Shown here piece after piece: positions 56,773 through 64,000 of a DNA stretch of 64,000 nt. The notes beneath the pieces are model-generated. The model made no database searches and was not told the origin of the DNA. It worked only from the letters and a program-made list of their open reading frames with translations. Position 1 is the first letter of the stretch; each line of letters opens with the position of its first letter. The position numbers were made by a program, and so were the translations under genes. The stretch is from Thermoproteota archaeon (GTDB lineage: Archaea > Korarchaeota > Korarchaeia > Korarchaeales > Korarchaeaceae): the NCBI GenBank assembly GCA_026986575.1, contig JALSOH010000004.1, positions 192,001-256,000 of the forward strand, given 5' to 3'.

Positions 56773-58166
56773 GATCTCATCCCCCCGACCAACTTAGCGA
56801 GCTTGGGATAATTCGACGGATCCCCCCTGACCCTAACTATCTCTCCATCCATTAAAGGCGTGCTTGGGCTAAAGGGTAGGGGGAAACCGGACGGATCGTA
56901 TATAGAAATGACCTCGTATCCGGTAATCTCTATGAATTGGGAAACGGTCATCCCTCTGGACTTGGATCTCCTCTCTACTTTAAAAGCCACATAGTGCGGC
57001 GAACCTCCCTTGAAGTAGGGTGATTCGTGCCTCAGGGACCTGAGGTCCCAGATCCTCCGGAGGACCTCGGCTATCATCTTGGATGCTGTACCATCCCCGA
57101 ACGGATTGGGGAGGCTCTCTATCCTTTTTCTAACCTCCTCCTCGTAGAGGAACCTCCTAACCGCTGACACTATGGAGGATGGATTGGCGCCCGCTATCTC
57201 GCCGAATCCAAGTTCAACTATCTCAGGCCTCTCCGTGTTATCCCTCAATATGATGCAGGGCTTCTTCAGGGTGGCTGACTCCTCCTGAACCCCGCCGGAA
57301 TCGGTAGCCACCACATCTGAAGCCGATAGAAGCCTCAAAAAATCTATGTAGCCTAGGGGCTCTATCAACATCACATGCTCCAACTTCCTCAGTTCGCCCA
57401 ACAGACCGAAAGCCTTCAGTCTCTTGTAAGTTCTCGGATGCAGAGGCCACACTATGGTCAGCTCATCCAATTCCCTCAGGGCTTTCACTATCCCCAGCAT
57501 CCTGTACTCCCTGTCGGCATTTTCCTTCCTGTGGACTGTGATAGTCATGAGGGGCTCACCCTCTATTACGCCCAATTCCTTCAGGATGTTGGATCGTCTA
57601 ATGGTACTCCACATCTTCTCAACGACGTCAACTATGGTATTGCCGCTCAATACAATTCTCTCAGGGGGATAGCCCTCCTCATTGAGATTGGAGAAAGCTC
57701 TGGGGGTGGGGGCGAAGTTCAGCGAAGCGAGGTGATCGGCGACCCTCCTGTTTATCTCCTCCGGCATCGTGAAATCGTAGCTCCTGAGCCCTGATTCTAT
57801 GTGTATGAAGGGAATCTCTAGTTTAGAAGCAGCCAAAGCAGTTCCAAGCACGGAGTTCGTATCGCCCACCGACAGGACAGCATCTGGTTCGTAGTTCTCC
57901 ACAACCTTTCCCATCTCATGTAGAACTCTAGCAGTCTGACCCACCTGATCTCCCGATCCTATGCCCAAGTTGAGGTCTGGCTCATCAAGTCCAAGCTCGG
58001 AGAAGAACACATCGCTCATTTCCCAATCGTAGTGCTGTCCGGTATGCACTAGAAACAGCTCTACATCCTTTATACGCGATAGAGCTTCGTATATGGGTGC
58101 CATCTTGATGATCTCAGGTCTAGTGCCCACCGACAGAAGCAACCTCATGTTCCTTCGCTTCTTCAT
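56769..58166 (-). CDS. wecB: UDP-GlcNAc 2-epimerase with C-terminal RCK_C/TrkA-C-like domain
   Basis: GTRPEIIK, TGQHYD, GLRS, PEEINR, DSGGVQEE, NPFGDG, plus a ~75-aa extension. Confidence 0.93.
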   Translation of the reverse strand: MKKRRNMRLLLSVGTRPEIIKMAPIYEALSRIKDVELFLVHTGQHYDWEMSDVFFSELGLDEPDLNLGIGSGDQVGQTARVLHEMGKVVENYEPDAVLSVGDTNSVLGTALAASKLEIPFIHIESGLRSYDFTMPEEINRRVADHLASLNFAPTPRAFSNLNEEGYPPERIVLSGNTIVDVVEKMWSTIRRSNILKELGVIEGEPLMTITVHRKENADREYRMLGIVKALRELDELTIVWPLHPRTYKRLKAFGLLGELRKLEHVMLIEPLGYIDFLRLLSASDVVATDSGGVQEESATLKKPCIILRDNTERPEIVELGFGEIAGANPSSIVSAVRRFLYEEEVRKRIESLPNPFGDGTASKMIAEVLRRIWDLRSLRHESPYFKGGSPHYVAFKVERRSKSRGMTVSQFIEITGYEVISIYDPSGFPLPFSPSTPLMDGEIVRVRGDPSNYPKLAKLVGGMRS

Positions 58167-58218
58167 GACCTGTAATCATTTTTAATAAACGGAGGTGGAC
58201 CTACCAGACACCTGAAAG

Positions 58219-60639
58219 GTGATCTACATGCTCAAGCCGGAAAAGGTAGTCCGATTCTACGCTTACACAACCAAACTGCATGTAGACGATATGGCAGAAG
58301 CCCTCATGGAGTTCGATGATGTCCATGTAGAACCCCCAGAGGGACTCCCTGGAGTTAAACCTCCGGAGGGCCTGGAAACTCCGGATTTAGATGCTTATGA
58401 GGAGATGGTTAGGGCTGTAGAGAGAGTCAGCGCGCTGACGGGCATACCTATTGAAGAGATACTTGAAGAGGCTAAGAAAGGCAAACTACCCGAAGGGTCA
58501 GGGACTGACAACTACAGAGAAATGATATCGAAGCTAGATGACATTGTAGGTAAGTATCTAGCGTTAAAAAAGGAGATAGAACTGTCAAAGAAGGCTAAAT
58601 CATTACTGAAAGAGAGATCTAGAAGATTAGAGGAACTTGAAATCAAGATATCGGAAATAGAGGCTAAGATAAGGGAATACTACTCGACAGCCTTAGAGAT
58701 AACCGAGGAAGATCCATCCAAGCTGCGGCTCGGGAGAATGATACTGCAGGTGGACAGAAACCTGATAAGAGCCTCCTCCCTAGTTAACATGGCCGCTGAC
58801 CCATCGATGACTGTAAGTGACGTAGATGAGATAATGAAGAATGCTTTAGACGCCTTAGAAGATGCGGACATAACGCTAGAGGACCTGAGTGAAGAAGTTA
58901 GGGAGGAGCTCCTCGTAAAGATAAAATCCAAGTTGGAGGAGCTTAAAGATCTCATAAAGGATGTCAGGAAGGACATAGTGGAATATTCTTCCATTCAAGA
59001 CAGGCTGTCCGAGTTCAAGGCCATAGAAAGCATGTGGAGCAGCATAAAAGACACCATAAAGAGCTTGCCAGAGCTAAGCCCGCTTCTGGCAGAGAAAGAA
59101 CCAGCAATCACTAAGGTAACTCAAAGGATCTCAGAGCTGGAGGAAGAGGTGAAACGCAGAGAGATTGAGATTAGGAATAAGGTTCTAGAGGTAAAGAAGT
59201 TAGCGTCCCAGGTGAGGAGCCTCTATGTAGAATTCAGGGACAAGCTCCTCACCATAAAGGAGGTAGCTGCCGGCGAGGCGGAAAGAAGGGTTTCAGAGCT
59301 CATAGAAGAAGCTAAACCTGTGATAACGGAGAAAGGGAAGCTAGAAGAGGAGATAGAGAAGTTGAAGGCTCTTTCAAGGAAGGAAGAGGTCGGTAGGCTG
59401 AAGCAGGAAGCTGAAAAGTTCTTACAGCTTGTGAGAGAGCAAGCAGCAGAAGTAGCTGCCTTAGCTCTCAATATAAAGCCAAGGGCACTGGTTCAGAAGC
59501 TGAAGACCCTGACGTACGTCGGAGAGGAGATCGCCGTCACCTCTGGATGGATACCCGCCTCTAAAAAGGAGGATTTCGAGAGCCGCATGAAAGACAGACT
59601 AGAGAATTACTTGGCAATGGAGTATGAGGAGCCGAAGGAAGCTAGTGAAGCACCTTCTAAGGTTAAGCTACCCAGCTTTCTCAAGCCCATTAGCCTACTC
59701 ACGCACAAGCTGTACGGATTTCCGTCCATATTCGAGGTGGATCCCACTGCCCTCACCGCGATATTCTTCCCGATAATGTTCGGCATGATGTTCGGAGATG
59801 TAGGGCACGGCCTGACGCTGGCCTTATTCGGCGCGTTCCTCTATGCTAAAACGAGAGGTGGAATGAGAGATCTGGGGGGTATACTGGTCTACTCAGGAAT
59901 AGCTGCCGCTTTCTTTGGATATCTGTACGGGATGGTGTTCTTCATCGCCTTCACCGAGCACCCCATAATGAGCCCCCTTCATGACACCTTCCAGCTCATA
60001 GCCGTCGCGCTGCTTTTCGGTGCCTTTGAACTGATGGTGGGATTCGTCCTGAACACGGTGAACAAGATACTGGAAGGGGATGTATTCGCAGCCCTCTTCG
60101 AGTATAAAGGACTCGCGACTCTAGTAATGTACGCCGGCGCCGTCTATGCCATACTCAGAAACAATGCTCAAATAATGCTCGTGCTGAAGGACCCCTTGTT
60201 CCAGGCCATGGTCATTCCCCTGCTAATCACGGTCCTATCTCCGATATACAGATCGATCAAGGAGGGCCACGGTATCGGACTGGGCGCCACGGAAGCAGTA
60301 GAGACCTTCTTGGAAAGCGTCTTAGCCCTGCTTAGCAACTCTCTGTCCTACGTCAGGCTGGCCGCGTTTGCTGTAATCCACGAGGTGTTCGGTGTCTTAG
60401 CGGCTCAGCTCATCGCTGGCCAAGAGGTGGTCTCTATAAGCAATATAGGTGTCCTCCTGTCTCCTGTCGCCCTAGTATCCTTCATCTTCGTGAACGTGGC
60501 TGTGATGGGATTGGAGGGCATGCTGTCCTTCATACAAGCGACTAGGCTCACCTTCTACGAGTTCTTCACCAAATTCTACAAAGCCGCGGGGAGGCAGTTC
60601 AAGAGGGTCTCTGAGCTCCTAGGACCGGTCCTCTCCTGA
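58219..60639 (+). CDS. atpI: A/V-type ATP synthase subunit I (a)
   Basis: GWIP, DPT, FGMMFGDVGHG, SYVRL, RLTFYEFF. Confidence 0.93.
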   Translation: MIYMLKPEKVVRFYAYTTKLHVDDMAEALMEFDDVHVEPPEGLPGVKPPEGLETPDLDAYEEMVRAVERVSALTGIPIEEILEEAKKGKLPEGSGTDNYREMISKLDDIVGKYLALKKEIELSKKAKSLLKERSRRLEELEIKISEIEAKIREYYSTALEITEEDPSKLRLGRMILQVDRNLIRASSLVNMAADPSMTVSDVDEIMKNALDALEDADITLEDLSEEVREELLVKIKSKLEELKDLIKDVRKDIVEYSSIQDRLSEFKAIESMWSSIKDTIKSLPELSPLLAEKEPAITKVTQRISELEEEVKRREIEIRNKVLEVKKLASQVRSLYVEFRDKLLTIKEVAAGEAERRVSELIEEAKPVITEKGKLEEEIEKLKALSRKEEVGRLKQEAEKFLQLVREQAAEVAALALNIKPRALVQKLKTLTYVGEEIAVTSGWIPASKKEDFESRMKDRLENYLAMEYEEPKEASEAPSKVKLPSFLKPISLLTHKLYGFPSIFEVDPTALTAIFFPIMFGMMFGDVGHGLTLALFGAFLYAKTRGGMRDLGGILVYSGIAAAFFGYLYGMVFFIAFTEHPIMSPLHDTFQLIAVALLFGAFELMVGFVLNTVNKILEGDVFAALFEYKGLATLVMYAGAVYAILRNNAQIMLVLKDPLFQAMVIPLLITVLSPIYRSIKEGHGIGLGATEAVETFLESVLALLSNSLSYVRLAAFAVIHEVFGVLAAQLIAGQEVVSISNIGVLLSPVALVSFIFVNVAVMGLEGMLSFIQATRLTFYEFFTKFYKAAGRQFKRVSELLGPVLS

Positions 60640-60714
60640 TAACAAATTTTTTAATTACCCCGTATCCTCACATCCGGTGGCTTTAGGAGACCCAGATGAT
60701 CCAAGGGTGATCGT

Positions 60715-61035
60715 ATGGTGAGCATGAAGACCAAGAAGATGCTTTCCTATGTGATCTTAGGACTTCCTCTGATCCTAATCCCAATGACCGTGATCGGAGT
60801 AGCTGCTGCACCTCAGGAAGCCCCTCAGGAGGGTTCTGGGCTCAAATACATTGGAGCCGCGCTAGCTGTGCTCGGTAGCACCATAGGTGCGGGAATAGGG
60901 CTCTATGGAGTTGCCATAGGTGGTAGTGCCTTATTGGCCGAGAATCCCAATGCGTTTACTCAGGTACTGATATTAGGAGGTCTCGCTGAAGGAGTTGCCG
61001 TTTACGGGCTGTTGGTCGCCTTCCTCCTCATATGA
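60715..61035 (+). CDS. atpK: A/V-type ATP synthase proteolipid subunit K (c)
   Basis: IGAALA, GAGIG, LAEGVAVYG; N-terminal leader. Confidence 0.92.
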   Translation: MVSMKTKKMLSYVILGLPLILIPMTVIGVAAAPQEAPQEGSGLKYIGAALAVLGSTIGAGIGLYGVAIGGSALLAENPNAFTQVLILGGLAEGVAVYGLLVAFLLI

Positions 61036-61162
61036 GGGGGAAGCCTTCCCTATTTTCTAATTCTACACTCACGTCTTCTCTAGATGAGAGGAGTTACCAT
61101 CCATCAGCGTTGCAGAAGAAGGTGACTGCCAAGGGAGGAGAAGTAAAAAGTAGAAAGAACTC

Positions 61163-62212
61163 TCATCCAGATGGAGGAGCAAGTAGCTTGTATAACACTT
61201 CTGGGTCGACCTTGCTTGCCCGGCCCAATAGGACTGTTTTTATGCTCTGTGATTCCCACTCTGAGGCCACTAGATACATGATTATATAGGCAAGGGTCAT
61301 AGATCCCTTTAAGGAGATCCTTAAGCCATCCATGTAAGCCCTCTTCCCGATAACATGCTCGATCACCCAAGGTTCACCGACTTCCTTCAAGGCATTCCTG
61401 ATCTCTACGGCTAGGGCCTTATATGGGGGCAGATTAATGAGCTCGTCGAGGAACTCGGGCAGAGTCCCCGTCTTATCAGATATCCTTAGCAATCTCTTGA
61501 AGGGAATCCTGCGGAACGCTATTGATAGGAGCTCCCTGTCCACCTCTAGATACTTAGCTTTCAGCAACGTCCTGAGGAACACATTCTCGGCATAAGAGTA
61601 GACGATCTGATATATGGGGGACTGCTTCCCAGCCTTTATCTCCTTCAAGTGGGAGAAGAGCTTGTCTATGTAGTACCTGTCGAGGGCGAGATCGATCTCC
61701 GTGACCTCACGGCTACCGCTGAGCCATGTCGAGAGGAGCCGTTTCAACCTCTTGTCGTCCAGCATCTCGAGCAGATCCTCGAATCTTTTAGCCTTTGAGA
61801 GCTTGTCTACATCGATTACGCCAAATCTAGCAGGAAGTAGCCTAAGCTCCTCCTGCTTCCTTCCAAAAAGTAGGGAGAACACAATCCTCCTGAGGTTTTC
61901 TATATCATATTTGCTCATGAAAGTTGTGATCAGTCCCTCGATCCTAGTGCCTCTAGATAGGGACATTACCCTCCTAGCCCTGAATGAGTTGACCTTGATG
62001 CATACGTCTTCCACCTTGGCCACATTGCTCAAATCCTCGGGTCCCTCGAAGAAACTACCGTAGAGAGTCGGTGACAGCTTATCGAACAGGCTTTCATCGC
62101 TCTCAACAAAGACCCATGATCTTATGTCCTCGGGATCCAACAAGTGGGACTTTAGACCATGAGTTCTGACTACCAGATACTTCTCCTTAGCTCTCTTAAG
62201 CATCTCAAGCAC
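61163..62212 (-). CDS. atpC: A/V-type ATP synthase subunit C
   Basis: VRTHGLKSHLL, YDIENL, LDRYY; in the operon with D and B. Confidence 0.8.
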   Translation of the reverse strand: MLEMLKRAKEKYLVVRTHGLKSHLLDPEDIRSWVFVESDESLFDKLSPTLYGSFFEGPEDLSNVAKVEDVCIKVNSFRARRVMSLSRGTRIEGLITTFMSKYDIENLRRIVFSLLFGRKQEELRLLPARFGVIDVDKLSKAKRFEDLLEMLDDKRLKRLLSTWLSGSREVTEIDLALDRYYIDKLFSHLKEIKAGKQSPIYQIVYSYAENVFLRTLLKAKYLEVDRELLSIAFRRIPFKRLLRISDKTGTLPEFLDELINLPPYKALAVEIRNALKEVGEPWVIEHVIGKRAYMDGLRISLKGSMTLAYIIMYLVASEWESQSIKTVLLGRASKVDPEVLYKLLAPPSG

Positions 62213-62828
62213 CCCTCTTCAGCTGCCTATACTTCTTCACGCGGAGGAATTCTTCTAGAGCGTCCTCTTCCAGCGCCTCCTCTATGTACTTTATGGCGGC
62301 CTCGTGATCAGGTATTATTATCTTTTCTAATGCATTCACCTTCCTCATTGTATCGGCAAGGGCCGCAGCCAGCCTTTCAAACTTGGCCTCGGAGTTTACT
62401 AGCGGCATAAGCTCCTTTATCGCCTCTGAGAACTTCCTAGCAGCGGCTATTACCACTGCGTTCAAGGATGGAGATGTAGCCAAAGCGAACTCCCTTATCT
62501 CTATCTCGGGTATCTCCACGCCAATGACGCTCCGCACCTTCATTTCCGTGAGGAGGGGCATAGTCAACAAGGCCGCTTTCCTCATCTCATCGGGTCCGGC
62601 AGCGGCGTAAGCCAGCCTTAGAAGCTTGTAGGCCTCCTCTAACTTCTTCTCGACCTCGCTCCTCCTCCTAAGATCTGGAAGCAAGTTCTGACTTTCCTTG
62701 ACCAGCTGGTCTCTCTTCATCTTGAGGGCGTCAACTCCCGAGCGGAGGAGACGCGTTCTCTCCCTTAAGCGGATCAAGAATCCCTTGGTGGGGAGGACCC
62801 TCCCCACGGAGCGGAAGCTCAATCTCAC
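62205..62828 (-). CDS. atpD: A/V-type ATP synthase subunit D
   Basis: [23 protein letters not shown]. Confidence 0.93.
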   Translation of the reverse strand: MRLSFRSVGRVLPTKGFLIRLRERTRLLRSGVDALKMKRDQLVKESQNLLPDLRRRSEVEKKLEEAYKLLRLAYAAAGPDEMRKAALLTMPLLTEMKVRSVIGVEIPEIEIREFALATSPSLNAVVIAAARKFSEAIKELMPLVNSEAKFERLAAALADTMRKVNALEKIIIPDHEAAIKYIEEALEEDALEEFLRVKKYRQLKRGA

Positions 62829-64000
62829 TCACCCTCTGCCTGGGCTGCGATCCTCCTCTTCGGGTGGAACTTGTTAAGGGTCTTCTCGCTTATTCTCGTC
62901 AGTTCAGCTTCGGGCAGTATGGACAGTATGTCCCAAGCGATGTCCAGAGTCTCCTCTATACTCCTCCTCTCCCTGAAGCCTTGAGCCACGAACTCTCTCT
63001 CGAACCTCCTAGCGAACTCCAAGTACAGCTTCTCCCTCGGGCTCAGTCCCGCCTCACCTACTATCTGGACGAGCTCCCTAGCCTTGGTACCCTGGCTGTA
63101 AGCGGCGTAGAGCTGATCTGAGACCTCCTTGTGGTCTTCCCTAGTCTTTCCTGGACCTATACCGTCCTTCATGAGTCTGCTAAGACTTGGCAGGACGTTG
63201 ATCGGTGGATAGATGCCCCTGTTGTGGAGATCCAAGTCTAAGAATATCTGACCTTCGGTGATGTAGCCCGTCAGATCAGGTATGGGGTGGGTCAGGTCCC
63301 CGCCGGGCATGGTGAGTATGGGCATGAAGGTTATCGAGCCGGACCTGCCGATTATCCTGCCTGCCCTCTCGTAGATGCTCGCTAGATCGCTATACATGTA
63401 GCCGGGATATCCCTTCCTGCTGGGTACCTCCTCCCTAGCGGAGCTGAGCTCCCTCAGCGCCTCGCAGTAGTTGGTCATGTCCGTGATTATGACTAGAACG
63501 TCCATACCCAAGTCGAACGCTAGGTACTCGGCAGCAGTCAGGGCGACCCTCGGGGTGGTTATCCTCTCTATGACCGGGTCGTTGGCTAGGTTTAGGAAGA
63601 GCACGGACCTGCTCAGCGCCCCGAATTCCTCGAACTGCCTCCTGAAGAAGAGGACGTCGTCGTACTTCAGACCTACTGCCGCGAAGACTATGGAGAACCT
63701 CTCAGCCTTTCCGGGGACGACCGCCTGCCTCGCCACCTGAGCGGCTACCTCGTTATGAGGCAGTCCGGACTCGGAGAATATTGGAAGCTTCTGGCCCCTG
63801 ACCAAGCTCAGCATTCCGTCAATGGCGGATATACCTGTCTCGATGAACTCGTCCGGGTAGTCCCTCTTGGCTGGATTTATGGGAGCGCCGTTTATGTCCC
63901 TATAGTCGTCCGCCCTTATCTTAGGGCCTCCATCTATCGGCTCACCTGCGCCGTTGAACACTCTACCGAGCATCTCATCCGACACAGGGATCTTCAGGGT
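62825..64000 (-). CDS. atpB: A/V-type ATP synthase subunit B (5' end outside the window)
   Basis: [34 protein letters not shown]. Confidence 0.97.
   Translation of the reverse strand, partial: TLKIPVSDEMLGRVFNGAGEPIDGGPKIRADDYRDINGAPINPAKRDYPDEFIETGISAIDGMLSLVRGQKLPIFSESGLPHNEVAAQVARQAVVPGKAERFSIVFAAVGLKYDDVLFFRRQFEEFGALSRSVLFLNLANDPVIERITTPRVALTAAEYLAFDLGMDVLVIITDMTNYCEALRELSSAREEVPSRKGYPGYMYSDLASIYERAGRIIGRSGSITFMPILTMPGGDLTHPIPDLTGYITEGQIFLDLDLHNRGIYPPINVLPSLSRLMKDGIGPGKTREDHKEVSDQLYAAYSQGTKARELVQIVGEAGLSPREKLYLEFARRFEREFVAQGFRERRSIEETLDIAWDILSILPEAELTRISEKTLNKFHPKRRIAAQAEGE

Noticed and set aside
61036-61170. Possible small ATPase subunit gene between the convergent units
   Set aside because: Only short frames with no similarity to ATPase subunits; pyrimidine/T-rich tracts fit terminators
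1-64000. CRISPR arrays, IS elements, inteins, tRNA introns, rRNA
   Set aside because: None seen: no regularly spaced repeats or transposase, MCM and helicases are of normal length, and the tRNAs are contiguous

Overview
A densely packed (~50% GC) core-genome segment of an archaeal chromosome. Gene content and order suggest a hyperthermophilic Thermoproteota-type organism, plausibly Korarchaeia; this is an inference, not a database result. It begins with the 5' part of cdc6/orc1 and a repeat-rich upstream intergenic region (candidate oriC). It then carries an ECF transporter module, the rpl15e-RNase P-proteasome-exosome superoperon, tRNA-modification genes (tgtA, trmI, trmG10, rnz), an oapABC/arvABC small-GTPase operon, gins-mcm-hel308, TFB/RpoP/TBP, gluconeogenesis genes, lysS, alba, thermosome, lhr and a split, convergent A/V-ATPase cluster. 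There are four tRNAs (Pro-GGG, Leu-CAA, Thr-GGT, Gly-TCC). No mobile element, integrase or CRISPR array was seen. Most notable: a 161-bp near-identical tract shared by two ecfA paralogues; a radical SAM enzyme whose Cys motif is split by a ferredoxin-like insert; a tRNA-Gly with C33 instead of U33; apparent tRNA-headed operons, one ending in RNase Z; a membrane-tethered wHTH protein near S2P and C25 proteases; a two-hairpin leader on a small wHTH gene; a WecB-RCK_C fusion; a degenerate M20 enzyme; and a probable CTG start for TFB.
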